A stretch of DNA of 64,000 nucleotides, from the IMG/VR virus record IMGVR_UViG_3300029705_000009; one strand, 5' to 3'. Under the pieces are notes generated by a model that was not told the origin of the DNA, ran no database searches, and saw nothing but the letters and a program-made list of their open reading frames with translations. The translations under genes and the position numbers were made by a program. This document shows, one piece after another, positions 45,780-56,755 of this stretch. Numbering within the stretch: the stretch's first letter is position 1; each line of letters begins with the position of its first letter. The stretch is from a virus (Duplodnaviria; Caudoviricetes).

Positions 45780-48700
45780 ATGGCAAATTTTTCAGATTTA
45801 CTGGCATCTAAACAAGCAAGTTTGGCTGCTACCGTAGCTACTCCAATGATGCTTTCTTTAGATGATGGTATTGCTGTAGCTTCCGTTGAAGAATCTTTCC
45901 AGAAATCAGATAAGTATTTGTGGTACGACGAATACTTTGATGATGAATATTCTATTATAGATAAACAGAAAAATATTACTATTAGTCCTAACCAAGTCAA
46001 TCTTACTCAGGAAGAAAATAGCCAGGTTATTCCTTTTCAGTTAGATAGATTTTATGACGGCATGGACTTAATGAAAATGTTCATTACGGTTTATTACGTT
46101 AATGAAGACGGACAAGATGCGGAACGTCCCGTAGTAAATGTTCGATACAGTGAGTCACAGATTAGATTTTACTGGCTTTTAGATGGTTCTGCCACGGCAC
46201 TTGCTGGAAAGTTAAAGCTGGAAATAAGAGCTGTCGGCGTCAATGAAAAAGGCGAAAAATATAGATGGTGCACTAAAACCAATGAAGAGGTTAGTATTAT
46301 TGAGTCACTGTCTGGTAATGGAACTATTGAACCTGGCGAAGGTTGGAGTACATATCTTGAATTGATCAATGAGAAAGTGTTACAAGCACAAGCTGCTGCA
46401 GATGAGGCAAAAGCCGCTGCAGAAGAAGCGTCTCAGGTTATTACTGAAGTAGACACTAAAATTAATAACGCATCTACTACAATTACAAATCAGGTTTTGA
46501 ATGAAATATCTTCCACTCTTTTGAACTTCTATACCAAAGATGAAGTTGATAATTTGCTGGCAAATATTGATATTTCTAGCCAATTAGATGGCTTAACTAC
46601 TCGTGTTGGTGACTTAGAAACAGAGTTTGAGAATTTTGATGGTTTGGCAAATCTGTCCTTTACGTATGACAAGGACACCAGAACTTTGATTGCTTATAAT
46701 GGCGAGGAAGTCATTGGTGAAGAAATTGTGCTTAATTCTGATCCTACTGCTGAGTGGGTTACTGTATATGATGCAAAAGTTGATGGTAAGATTGCTACTG
46801 CTATTGAGCCTATTCAGAAAGATTTGAATGAATATAAGACACAGACAGATGCTGACTTGCAGAGCATTCATGATAATATTGATAATCTTCCATCCACTCT
46901 GGAATCTGATTATTACAACAAGGCCTCTATTGATGGTCTTCTTGCGAATAAAGCAAATACTACTGCGTTGAATGATCTCAGTACAAAAGTTACTACTGTT
47001 GAAACAACTGCTAATACCAATAAAGATAATATTTCTACTATCGGTAACAAGGTTGCTGAATTGGAAGAAACCCTTGGTGGTATGAATCAGAATCAGCAAT
47101 ATACTTATGACGTAAAATATAACGATCCTGAAGATGCAGATGTAGGTGAAAATGTTTTTGCATTTTATGAAATTCAGAACGAAGGCCAGGAAAACGAAGT
47201 TAGAGAAATCAAACAGAAGTTTACCATTGTTGGTGGTTCTGGCGCTTCATCTACAAGTAGTTCTTTGAAGATTGAATATGTAACAAAAACTCCTTTAGTA
47301 GTAACTGTAGATGATAAAGCAGAAATCACTTTTAAATTCTCTGGCACAGACTCTTCTGGAGATGATGTGTTAGAAGGTCAGGCTACATGGAAAGTTGCCG
47401 GTAATGTTGTAGCTACAAGTACTGTTGTTAATGGAGAAAACACTTTTGACATTACTGATTATTTAACTATTGGTACTCAGAAAGTACAATTAGCTGTAAC
47501 AGATGACGCTGGCAGCTTAGTTACTAAGAACTGGACTGTACAGAAAATTGATGTTCGTATTGAATCTACTTTTAATGACAAATTAACTTATCCTCTCGGA
47601 ACAGTATCATTTGATTATACTCCTTTTGGAGCTATTTCTAAAGAGGTACACTTTATTCTTGATGGAAAAGAAATTGGAACTGTAAATACTTCTGCTTCCG
47701 GTATTCCTATGGGATATACTCTTCCTTCTCAGAATCATGGTGCTCATCTGTTAGAAGTATATATGACTGCAGAGATTAATAACAATACAATTGAATCCAA
47801 TCATATTGTAAAAGATATTATCTGGTATGATGCAACAAGTACTGTTCCGGTAATTGGTTGTGTACAGCAGAACTTTACTGCTAGACAGTATGATACAACT
47901 AATATTACTTATACAGTATACGATCCTAAGACAGAAACTCCTGAAGTTGTATTGGCTGTTGACGGAGAAGTTGTTTCTACATTGACACTTGATAGCAATA
48001 CACAGATTTGGCAGTTCAAAACATCCGAAATCGGTGATCACGTTCTTACTATTACATGTGGAGAAACTGTTAAGACATTAAATGTAAAAGTCGAAAAACT
48101 GAATATTAACGTTGAACCAGTAACTGCTGGTCTTGTAGTTGACTTTAATCCTGTTGGTAAATCTAATAGTGATGCTGACAGAGTATGGTCAAACGATGAT
48201 TATGCAATGACCGTATCTGATAATTTTGACTGGGTTAACGGTGGTTATCAGATTGATAAAAACGGAGATCAGTACTTCTGTATCAAGGCAGGAACATCTG
48301 CCGAAATCAATTACCAGATGTTTGCAGACGATGCAAAACGTAATGGTAAAGAAATGAAGCTTATCTTCAGAACAACTAATGTTCAGCAAGCTAACGCTCA
48401 GTTTATGTCATGTATTGATAATACAACTGGTAGCGACCATATAGGTATTGAGATGTTTGCTCATGAAGCATTTATTTATGGTTCTGCTGACAAACTTAAT
48501 CTGAAGTATTCTGAGGAAGATATTATTGAATTTGAGTTCAATATCACAAAGAATACAGAAAGTGTTACCGAGATTTGTGGTTATGAAGACGGTGTTGCTA
48601 CAAGACATTTAGTATATGATGACTCATTTAGTTTCACACAGTCTACGCCTAAAGTAATTACATTGGGTTCTGACAAGTGTGATTTACATATTTATAGACT

Positions 48701-51700
48701 TAAAGTTTATAATACTTCTCTTACAGATAGAGGTATTCTGAATAACTTTATTGCAGATGCAAGAAACGCAACAGAGATGATTGCTCGTTATGATCGTAAT
48801 CAGATTTATGACGAGAACCAGAGTCTTACACCGGAAATTCTTGCAGAGAAATGTCCTTGGTTAAGGGTTTATGTTGTTTCTGCTCCTTATTTCACTAATA
48901 AGAAGAGTGATAAAGTTCCTTATACAACAATCAGACAGATTTATAAGAACGGTGATCCTGTTTTAGATAACTGGGTTTGTTATGATTGTTCTCATAGTGG
49001 CCAGGGTACATCATCTGACAACTATGGTGCTTCCGCTAGAAACCTTGATTTTATTATGAACAAATCTCAGCGTGAAGGAGTTAAACCTTATTTCATTCTT
49101 GGTGATGGAAAAACTAGAGCAGAAAAAGTGTCTTTAACAAGAACTTCTATTCCTAACGCTTATTTCAACTTTAAGGCAAACGTTGCATCTTCTAATCATT
49201 TCACAAATGCAAAACTTGCTAAGAGATATAATGAATTTAATCCTTATACTCTTCCATATGTAAGAGAAGACGAATCAATTATTGATTACATTAAAACAAC
49301 AATGGAATTCCATAATGCAGTTGTATTTATCCAAGAAACTGATACAGATTTAAGTACACATAGAGAGTTTGCAGATAATCTGGTACATTTCTATAGTATT
49401 GGTAATATTGGCGACTCTAAGAAAACAGATAAGTCTCGACTTGTAGATCCTACTGATAGATATGAATGTATTAATGAAATTTGCGACGTTGAACTTCCTC
49501 TCTCTGATTGGCCTAATACTCCCGAAGCTTTTGCTGCTCTTGAGGCAGAAAAATTTGATAAATCCGGTTCTTATGAATGGAGATATATTTGGGAAGATGG
49601 AACCGATGAAGAGAATGCAGAGGTAAAAGAATATTGTAAGCAGAAATGGATTGAAATGTATAGATTTGTTGTTGAATCTTCTGATGAAGAATTCAAGGCA
49701 AACTTCGGTAATTATTTTGTTCTTGATTCTGTATTGTATTATTATCTCTTTACAACCCGTTATTGTATGGTGGATAACAGAGCGAAGAACCTGTTCTTCG
49801 GTTATGCAAAGACTGGCGAAGTAGATACAGAGGGAAATCCTATCCGTAAATGGCACTTAGCATATGGATATGACATGGATTCATCAATGTCTCTTAATAA
49901 CTATGGTAACTCTGTATATCGTCATGGTTATGAAGATACAGATACTTTAGACGGAACAAACGAAGAAGTATTCCGTGAATCTGATTCAACATTCTTCTGT
50001 CGTGTACGTGATTTATTTGAAGATGAATTAAAAGAGATGTATAACACTCTTGAGTCTAAGAATGCATGGCATGCAGAAAGTTTCTTGAATGAAATTGAAA
50101 CATGGCAGAAACAGTTCCCCGAAGAACTTTGGAGACTTGACTGTCAGAGAAAATATATCCGTACTGTAAATGAATCTTTCGTTAGTGGTGCTGGTGATCC
50201 TCAGTATATTAAGAATATGGCACAGGGTAGAATGATGTATCCCGTAAAACAATGGGAACGTAGCCAAGAAGCTTATATGGCATCTAAGTATCAGTCTTCT
50301 GTTGCTTCTTCTGATAATGCAGTACTTCGTTGTACGGTTCCTACTGGAGATTTAGTTGTTCCACCTAATTATAGATTAAAATTAACACCTTATGACTATA
50401 TGTATTTGAATGTAAAGTATGGTACATTAGAGCCTATTCAGGTAAGAGCGGTTCCGGGTGTTCAGTATGAAATACCGTTTGAAGGTAGTTCTGTAGATAT
50501 TCTTGATATTTTCAGTGCATCTAGAATTCAGGATTTAGGAGACTTATCTTCTACTTATCCCGCAACTGTTGACACTGCAAAGGCAACTCGATTGAAAGAA
50601 CTTCACATTGGTAATTCTACTGAAGGTTATGATAATCCATATCTTACCACTATGACCCTTGGTGCAAATTATCTGCTTGAAGTATTGAACGTTGAGAACG
50701 TATCTGGTCTTACACAGGCACTTAATCTTTCTGCTTTGAATAATCTTCGTGAGTTATATGCTCATGGTACAAATGCCGGTGGTGTTACATTCGCAAATGG
50801 TGGTGCTATTCAGATTGCAGAGCTTCCAGCTATTACAGCTATGAGTGCGAAGAATCTTGCTTATCTTACCAATCTCGATGTTACATCTTATGATAAATTA
50901 ACAACACTGACAATTGAAAACTGTTCTACTATTGATGCTCTTAATATCTTTGAACTTGCATCCAATCTGAACAGAGTAAGAATTACTGGCATTGATTGGA
51001 TTCTTACAGATACTGATATTCTGGATAGAATTTATGGTATGGCTGGTATTGACCTTAATGGTTATAACTCAACCCAGTCTGTACTTGCTGGTAAGGTACA
51101 TGTACCCGTTATTCGTCAGCAAAAACTGTATGATTACAGAGCTGCTTGGTCTGATCTGGAAATCACATTTGACACCATGATTGAACAGTATCCTGTAACA
51201 TTTATGAATGCTGATGGTACTATATTAGAAGTTCAGTATGTAGATAAGGGTAAACATGCTGTGGATCCTACCACTAGAGCAGAAAACCCCATCTCTCCTA
51301 CTATTCCTAGTACCGTAAGTCACGATTTTACATTTGCTGGTTGGGATTCCAGTCTGACAGATGTATTTAGTGCAAGAACTATTACTGCAACTTATACCGA
51401 ATCATTAAGAAGATACACTATTAAATATGTTTCTAAAGGTATAACACTGCAAGAGTCTACTGGTCTGTATGGTGAGAATGTTCCTTATACCGGATCTGTT
51501 CCCACTTATACCGGAGAAGAATCTGGATATGTATACCATTTGTTTAACAGATGGGATAAGTCTGGTTTTATTGATGGTGAAAAGACCGTTACTGCTATTT
51601 TCGACAGATTTGAGTACACTTCTACTGCTTTCGCTGGAAAAGACCTTAAAGATTTATCTCCTGTTCAGATTTACGCAATGAACAAACTTGGTTTGGCTGA

Positions 51701-52859
51701 GAGTATTATTACAGATAAAGATCCTTATACAATTATTATAGGCAATGATGTTGATTATGATGATATTGAATCTGAGTTGTTAATTTCTGAAAAGACTTAC
51801 TTTAATGGAAATAATCACGTTGATACAGGTATCAAGTTATTTGAAGAGGATAAGGATTTCGTTATTGCAATTGACTATGAATTCTTAGATGGCAATAAGG
51901 CAAATGCTGTATTAGCACAGTGCTTCCAAGCAAATGGTACTAACGGTTTCAAACTTTGGTACAGTAACAGTAGTGATTACACCGGAGCGAAACTGACATG
52001 GGGTACTGCATCTGATAATGTTGTTGCAGCAAATAAACGTGAAATCATCGTTATCCGTCACCAGAAGGGCAACAATAATCTTGTTATTTATAAATCTAAT
52101 CTGGATGGCAACAGTGTGCTAAGTTCTACTTTGACAAGAACCAAGACAACTACTGGTACAGGTACATTGGTATTTGGTTCTGCTAGAGCGGATGATGGCA
52201 TATATGAAAATCATGCCATTGGTAATATTAACTGGGCAAAGATTTGGTATAAAGATTTAGGTGATGATGTTTGTCAGTCACTGGCAATGTGGACACATGA
52301 ATCTATTACACTTGAAGCTTGTGGCTTTAGAAAATATTACTTGTCCAATAACACATCCAAGAGATGTACATTCAGTTTGTTGGCCTCTCATCTGTTAGGT
52401 AGAACAAGCAAGTGGAACAACTCTAATGTAAATAGCGGCGGTTGGGCTAATTCCTCATTGAATACTTCTCTGAATACCAGATTGTATAATGCTATGCCTA
52501 ATCAGATTAGACAGCTACTTCAGCAAGTAATTGTATACTCTTCTGTTGGTAATATGTCTACAGAATTGAGTTCTTCCAATTGTTATATTACAATTCCGGC
52601 ACTTATTGAAGTAGATTCTACCAAGAACACAGAACCATATAACAGTGAAGGAACAGCTATTTCATATATGAATACCAACGCTTCTAGAAAACGTGCATTT
52701 GATGGCGGTGATTATTATGGTTATTGGTTGCGCTCTCCTAATACAGGTTACGCGAACTATATCTGGCGTGTTGATAAAACCGGTTCTGTGGAAGGAATAA
52801 CCAATGCGTCTGGTCACGATGGTAAGCCTTTAGGAGTGTTGATTGAAATTTCATTTTAA
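45780..52859 (+). CDS. Giant (2,359 aa) multidomain tail/receptor-binding protein
   Basis: BppU-like N-terminus, coiled coil, Ig-like and LamG-like regions, CotH-kinase-like DNRAKN/YDMD region, LRRs, B-repeats, DUF6273-like C-terminus (GGWANS...YWLRSP). Confidence 0.75.
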   Translation: MANFSDLLASKQASLAATVATPMMLSLDDGIAVASVEESFQKSDKYLWYDEYFDDEYSIIDKQKNITISPNQVNLTQEENSQVIPFQLDRFYDGMDLMKMFITVYYVNEDGQDAERPVVNVRYSESQIRFYWLLDGSATALAGKLKLEIRAVGVNEKGEKYRWCTKTNEEVSIIESLSGNGTIEPGEGWSTYLELINEKVLQAQAAADEAKAAAEEASQVITEVDTKINNASTTITNQVLNEISSTLLNFYTKDEVDNLLANIDISSQLDGLTTRVGDLETEFENFDGLANLSFTYDKDTRTLIAYNGEEVIGEEIVLNSDPTAEWVTVYDAKVDGKIATAIEPIQKDLNEYKTQTDADLQSIHDNIDNLPSTLESDYYNKASIDGLLANKANTTALNDLSTKVTTVETTANTNKDNISTIGNKVAELEETLGGMNQNQQYTYDVKYNDPEDADVGENVFAFYEIQNEGQENEVREIKQKFTIVGGSGASSTSSSLKIEYVTKTPLVVTVDDKAEITFKFSGTDSSGDDVLEGQATWKVAGNVVATSTVVNGENTFDITDYLTIGTQKVQLAVTDDAGSLVTKNWTVQKIDVRIESTFNDKLTYPLGTVSFDYTPFGAISKEVHFILDGKEIGTVNTSASGIPMGYTLPSQNHGAHLLEVYMTAEINNNTIESNHIVKDIIWYDATSTVPVIGCVQQNFTARQYDTTNITYTVYDPKTETPEVVLAVDGEVVSTLTLDSNTQIWQFKTSEIGDHVLTITCGETVKTLNVKVEKLNINVEPVTAGLVVDFNPVGKSNSDADRVWSNDDYAMTVSDNFDWVNGGYQIDKNGDQYFCIKAGTSAEINYQMFADDAKRNGKEMKLIFRTTNVQQANAQFMSCIDNTTGSDHIGIEMFAHEAFIYGSADKLNLKYSEEDIIEFEFNITKNTESVTEICGYEDGVATRHLVYDDSFSFTQSTPKVITLGSDKCDLHIYRLKVYNTSLTDRGILNNFIADARNATEMIARYDRNQIYDENQSLTPEILAEKCPWLRVYVVSAPYFTNKKSDKVPYTTIRQIYKNGDPVLDNWVCYDCSHSGQGTSSDNYGASARNLDFIMNKSQREGVKPYFILGDGKTRAEKVSLTRTSIPNAYFNFKANVASSNHFTNAKLAKRYNEFNPYTLPYVREDESIIDYIKTTMEFHNAVVFIQETDTDLSTHREFADNLVHFYSIGNIGDSKKTDKSRLVDPTDRYECINEICDVELPLSDWPNTPEAFAALEAEKFDKSGSYEWRYIWEDGTDEENAEVKEYCKQKWIEMYRFVVESSDEEFKANFGNYFVLDSVLYYYLFTTRYCMVDNRAKNLFFGYAKTGEVDTEGNPIRKWHLAYGYDMDSSMSLNNYGNSVYRHGYEDTDTLDGTNEEVFRESDSTFFCRVRDLFEDELKEMYNTLESKNAWHAESFLNEIETWQKQFPEELWRLDCQRKYIRTVNESFVSGAGDPQYIKNMAQGRMMYPVKQWERSQEAYMASKYQSSVASSDNAVLRCTVPTGDLVVPPNYRLKLTPYDYMYLNVKYGTLEPIQVRAVPGVQYEIPFEGSSVDILDIFSASRIQDLGDLSSTYPATVDTAKATRLKELHIGNSTEGYDNPYLTTMTLGANYLLEVLNVENVSGLTQALNLSALNNLRELYAHGTNAGGVTFANGGAIQIAELPAITAMSAKNLAYLTNLDVTSYDKLTTLTIENCSTIDALNIFELASNLNRVRITGIDWILTDTDILDRIYGMAGIDLNGYNSTQSVLAGKVHVPVIRQQKLYDYRAAWSDLEITFDTMIEQYPVTFMNADGTILEVQYVDKGKHAVDPTTRAENPISPTIPSTVSHDFTFAGWDSSLTDVFSARTITATYTESLRRYTIKYVSKGITLQESTGLYGENVPYTGSVPTYTGEESGYVYHLFNRWDKSGFIDGEKTVTAIFDRFEYTSTAFAGKDLKDLSPVQIYAMNKLGLAESIITDKDPYTIIIGNDVDYDDIESELLISEKTYFNGNNHVDTGIKLFEEDKDFVIAIDYEFLDGNKANAVLAQCFQANGTNGFKLWYSNSSDYTGAKLTWGTASDNVVAANKREIIVIRHQKGNNNLVIYKSNLDGNSVLSSTLTRTKTTTGTGTLVFGSARADDGIYENHAIGNINWAKIWYKDLGDDVCQSLAMWTHESITLEACGFRKYYLSNNTSKRCTFSLLASHLLGRTSKWNNSNVNSGGWANSSLNTSLNTRLYNAMPNQIRQLLQQVIVYSSVGNMSTELSSSNCYITIPALIEVDSTKNTEPYNSEGTAISYMNTNASRKRAFDGGDYYGYWLRSPNTGYANYIWRVDKTGSVEGITNASGHDGKPLGVLIEISF

Positions 52860-52864
52860 ATTAT

Positions 52865-52890
52865 AGAGGGTAGATTTTCTACCCTCTTTT
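52865..52890 (+). terminator. Intrinsic terminator
   Basis: AGAGGGTAGA/TCTACCCTCT stem followed by TTT. Confidence 0.6.
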
Positions 52891-52903
52891 ACGAGGTGAT
52901 AAA

Positions 52904-53224
52904 ATGTATTACAAGGTAATAAAAGATAACAGAGTAATTGACGTGCTTGATCAACTCACTTATTTGAAATGGCAAGAAAAACACCAGATTATGGTCTTGT
53001 GTGATGAAAACGAAGCACAGGCTATTTTATCATCTGGAAAAGAAAGTATTTGGCATGAGAAGACATTGTATAAAGTGCCTGTTGATGAGCCTAAGTTTGA
53101 AACTGTTGAGTTAATTGAAATCGATAAATTTGAGTATGAACAGTTAAAAATGCTTAACGGCAAAACCCCAGAAGAAATTATTGATGCGTTTATGATTTCT
53201 TTATTAAAAGAAAATATTATATAG
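52904..53224 (+). CDS. Putative tail fibre assembly/chaperone protein
   Basis: MYYKVI...VIDV...EI...EY..LK; follows fibre gene. Confidence 0.5.
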   Translation: MYYKVIKDNRVIDVLDQLTYLKWQEKHQIMVLCDENEAQAILSSGKESIWHEKTLYKVPVDEPKFETVELIEIDKFEYEQLKMLNGKTPEEIIDAFMISLLKENII

Positions 53225-53232
53225 AGGCCAAA

Positions 53233-53406
53233 ATGAATAACAGGAAAATATATTGTTGCTATTCTGTTCCGTTGATGAAGTTTTTAACGGAAGAGAATCA
53301 TATACCCTATGATGTCGTTGGACTTAATCCAAACAGCCATAAGACATTCTGGGGATTTATTAAAACAACTGAATTAGAAGAAGCATTAAAGAGATGGAAA
53401 AAATAA
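53233..53406 (+). CDS. 57-aa hypothetical protein (DUF5659-like), not in ORF track
   Basis: MNNRKIYCCYSVPLMKFL...NPNSHKTFWGF...LEEALKRWKK; GAGG RBS. Confidence 0.6.
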   Translation: MNNRKIYCCYSVPLMKFLTEENHIPYDVVGLNPNSHKTFWGFIKTTELEEALKRWKK

Positions 53407-53456
53407 TTCCATCTCTTTTTTGATGATTTTTTTGAATATTTTGAGGTAATAATACA

Positions 53457-54869
53457 ATGGATAAAATAGTAGATAAACATATAGACTTAAATCAATTTCC
53501 ACAAGATAAACAAGGACATATTTCTTGGAAAAATAGTATAGGTGTAATCGCTGATTTTTATTATTATGGCGAAAAACACACATTAAAAATACTCGACCAT
53601 GGAAATCCTACGTATGAGTTTATAACAATTCAAGTTGATGATATGCCACCAGAAACAGTAAGATCAAAAAAGATAAAATATTTACTTTTTGATAATTTGT
53701 TTTATAAACCTAATTATCTTTATAATGTTGGCGATGTTGTAAATGGTTCTATAATACTTGAACAGCTATATTTAAAAAGAACTGAAAATAGTACAAAAAA
53801 AGAAAAGTTTTATAGGTGTCAATGTTTAGCAGACGGATATGTATATATTGTGCATGAATACGAGCTAAAAAATGGAAGAATGTGTCCAAAATGTGTTGGA
53901 AGGGTTTTAATTGTTGGATATAACGATTTAGCAACAACAGATCCTGATATTATGAAATTTTTATTAGATAAAGAGGATGGGCATAGATATACCAGAGGTT
54001 CACACAAATATATATGGGTTGTTTGTCCTATTTGTGGGTATGAAAAATTTATGATAGTTGAAGATCTTGTTCTCAATGGAGGTTTGTCATGTCCGAGATG
54101 TAGTGATGGTTTATCGTACCCAAATAAATTCGCATTTGATGTATTTATGCAAATTAGTGAACAATATCAAAAATATGTCACAGAGTATTCTCCTGATTGG
54201 ATTAAACCAAAGAAATACGATCACTATATTTTATTTAAAAACGGTAAAGAAATTATTATTGAGATGGATGGCGGATTTCACAATGAAAGACAAGGAAAAT
54301 ATGCCGCGAAATATGACAAATATAAAGACGATCTTGCAAAGGAACATGGAATAGATGTTATAAGGGTAGATTGTTCTTATAACAAAATTACAAAAAGATT
54401 TGATTGTATAAAAACTGAATTTATTAAAAACCTAAATCAGCATTTTGATTTATCTAATATAGATTGGGAATCCGCTGATGAAGCTGGTATTTCTAACAGA
54501 CTTGTGGAAGTAGTAAATTATTATAACGAACACCCATTTATGTCAAATCAACAAATCGCAGATTATTATCATGTTCATGTCGTCACCATACGCCATTATT
54601 TGACTGTTGGTGAAAAACTTGGACTGTGTACATATGTTAGGTGCGATCCAAATAGATGGAAAACTTCTATACCATTAGCACTTTATGATTCTAATATGAA
54701 TATGATAGGGATATATGTATCTTCGAAGCATATGGCAGAATGTATGAAAGATAAAGATTTTCACGCAAGCTCTATTAAAGAAAGCTCAAGAATCGGCAAG
54801 CCATATAAAGGCTATATTATAAAGCGCATAACATGGGATGAATATGAAGATTTACAAAAGGTACTTTAA
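53457..54869 (+). CDS. Free-standing homing-endonuclease-like protein (zinc ribbons + Vsr/DUF559-like nuclease + NUMOD1-like C-terminus)
   Basis: CPKC...GYNDLAT..P...W..CPICG...CPRC; IIIEMDGGFH...D..K...A..HGI.VIR; C-terminal YD.NMN.IG.Y.S...YKGY. Confidence 0.75.
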   Translation: MDKIVDKHIDLNQFPQDKQGHISWKNSIGVIADFYYYGEKHTLKILDHGNPTYEFITIQVDDMPPETVRSKKIKYLLFDNLFYKPNYLYNVGDVVNGSIILEQLYLKRTENSTKKEKFYRCQCLADGYVYIVHEYELKNGRMCPKCVGRVLIVGYNDLATTDPDIMKFLLDKEDGHRYTRGSHKYIWVVCPICGYEKFMIVEDLVLNGGLSCPRCSDGLSYPNKFAFDVFMQISEQYQKYVTEYSPDWIKPKKYDHYILFKNGKEIIIEMDGGFHNERQGKYAAKYDKYKDDLAKEHGIDVIRVDCSYNKITKRFDCIKTEFIKNLNQHFDLSNIDWESADEAGISNRLVEVVNYYNEHPFMSNQQIADYYHVHVVTIRHYLTVGEKLGLCTYVRCDPNRWKTSIPLALYDSNMNMIGIYVSSKHMAECMKDKDFHASSIKESSRIGKPYKGYIIKRITWDEYEDLQKVL

Positions 54870-54886
54870 GATAAGGAGGCGGTCAT

Positions 54887-55039
54887 ATGAGGGTTTTTAT
54901 AGAATCTTTAAAACGTTTGTATGAAAAACAAGAAGTTTCTGAAGAAAAATTATCAGAACTAGCTTCTAAAGGAATAATTGATGAAAAGGAAAAAGATTAT
55001 ATTTTAGGAAAGGAGGAAAACAGATGTACACCATATTAG
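54887..55039 (+). CDS. XkdX-like small protein (50 aa), not in ORF track
   Basis: MRVFIESLKRLY....V....L..L...G.I...E.DYIL; AAGGAGG RBS. Confidence 0.65.
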   Translation: MRVFIESLKRLYEKQEVSEEKLSELASKGIIDEKEKDYILGKEENRCTPY

Positions 55040-55716
55040 TTAAAAATGATGATACACTTATTGCTACCAATAAGCAGAACATTATGCATCGTTCATCTTT
55101 AGTTAGACAGTTGCGTTTTCTGGTTGATCCAGTATATGCATCTAAAGGATTAAATATGGCAGATTATGTATGCGTATTGGAATACAGAACGCCTATTAGC
55201 AATAGATACACTCCTGTCGTTTTGACTCCTTCCGAAGAATTGTATAAAGAAAAACTGGAATATGTATTGAATATAGATACCAAGATTACTGGTGAAGTAG
55301 GTCTTGTAGAAATGCAGCTTAAATGGATGACTGTAGACATGTTGGCTAATGGTTCTTTTGAAGAGGCTGTTAGAATTACTGGCTCTACTACCATTGAAGT
55401 ACTTCCTATCAATAAATGGAGTGACTACATTGCAAGCTCAGATTTAGATCCTATTGTGCAGATGGTATTAACCAATCAGGCTCAGGCTGAACAGCTTAAG
55501 TTATATGCAGACTATTTACACATGGCTAAGGCTGACAGTATTAAGTATGATAAGGAGACTAATGAGTTGTCTCTTATGGGTTCTGGTAACAAGCTTGATT
55601 CTGTAACTTTAGAGGAAAGTGATTGTGATTGCGAAGAGGGAATTCCTGCAGTTGATTTTGATGAAGGAATTGTACCAGTTAAACCTGATGAGTTTGATAA
55701 TGTTGTAGAGTTTTAA
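55024..55716 (+). CDS. BppU-like baseplate/fibre protein
   Basis: L.FLV...Y...L.Y.L.I..KIT...G.VE.QL pattern; ends VVEF. Confidence 0.5.
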   Translation: MYTILVKNDDTLIATNKQNIMHRSSLVRQLRFLVDPVYASKGLNMADYVCVLEYRTPISNRYTPVVLTPSEELYKEKLEYVLNIDTKITGEVGLVEMQLKWMTVDMLANGSFEEAVRITGSTTIEVLPINKWSDYIASSDLDPIVQMVLTNQAQAEQLKLYADYLHMAKADSIKYDKETNELSLMGSGNKLDSVTLEESDCDCEEGIPAVDFDEGIVPVKPDEFDNVVEF

Positions 55717-55803
55717 AATACATATACAGATGAGGTAATGGAGAACCGTTGAGTAATTGACGGTTCTTTTATTATACAAAAATACTATAAAGGAGGAAAA
55801 CAA

Positions 55804-56730
55804 ATGGCTGATGAAATTTTAAGGTCACGTCATGCTTTTGGATCTAGTCAAAATCTTGAATCTGCAATATCCGCAGGCAAAATCGACGCCTATGATATTT
55901 TGTTTCTCGATAGTGACACTGACCCCAAAATCGGATGGTTAGACAAGAATGGCGATTTAGTTTTAGTCAAAGATGAAAAAGCTGATTTAACAGAAGTTAA
56001 GGCTGGCATCGACAATCTTGAATCTGGTTTGTCTGATTTGGGAATCGCTGTTGACAAGAAAGCTAACGCTGACGAAGTTGATGCCAAGATTAATGAGTCT
56101 GTAACTGAAGCTGTAGATTCCGCAAATGCTTACACTGATGAAAAGCTTGAGGCCGCATTGGCTGAACATCTTGTCAAGAAGTACGAGATTTCTAACACCC
56201 CTGAAGGCACTCTTGTAGATTACAGAGAGAGTGAAATCAGAGTTATGTGTCCAGAAGGCTCAGTATTTACTAAACAAAATGTTGGTTCTACTGGTAATGC
56301 AAATATGTATTACATGGCTTTTAAGGCTTATGCTCCCAAGGGTGCTGTAAGTTTTAAAGAAGGTGACAGAGGCGTTATCATTGACGAAATGTTTACATTT
56401 GACAGTGAATTTGCTGGTACAGATGAGCATGGCAGAAATTATTCAGTGTGCTGGTTAGCACTTGCGTCTTGTGATGCTTCTGGTACATGGACTTATTTTG
56501 GCAAGAATTCCACAACTGAAAAATATATCGGTTGGGATTATGTTGTAGAGTGGTTCGATGCAGATGGTGTAATTATTGCATCTGATGGCATTAGAATTAA
56601 TCTTTCTAACGAAGATTGCCACTTTGTCAATGAACCTTACTACATTGGTAAAATTATGAAAGAAGTTGACACAAAAATTGAAGAAAAGATTGCAGAAGTA
56701 GAAGCTGCATGGGAAATTGTTGAGTTTTAG
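55804..56730 (+). CDS. Tail fibre-related protein
   Basis: Coiled coil with SANAYTD; ends IVEF; strong RBS. Confidence 0.55.
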   Translation: MADEILRSRHAFGSSQNLESAISAGKIDAYDILFLDSDTDPKIGWLDKNGDLVLVKDEKADLTEVKAGIDNLESGLSDLGIAVDKKANADEVDAKINESVTEAVDSANAYTDEKLEAALAEHLVKKYEISNTPEGTLVDYRESEIRVMCPEGSVFTKQNVGSTGNANMYYMAFKAYAPKGAVSFKEGDRGVIIDEMFTFDSEFAGTDEHGRNYSVCWLALASCDASGTWTYFGKNSTTEKYIGWDYVVEWFDADGVIIASDGIRINLSNEDCHFVNEPYYIGKIMKEVDTKIEEKIAEVEAAWEIVEF

Positions 56731-56755
56731 AATGTCCTAATGGTGGAGGTGCAAT

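Noticed and set aside
52380-52859. DGR variable region in the DUF6273-like C-terminus (YWLRSP)
   Set aside because: No template repeat or reverse transcriptase seen in this window; cannot exclude one elsewhere in the genome.
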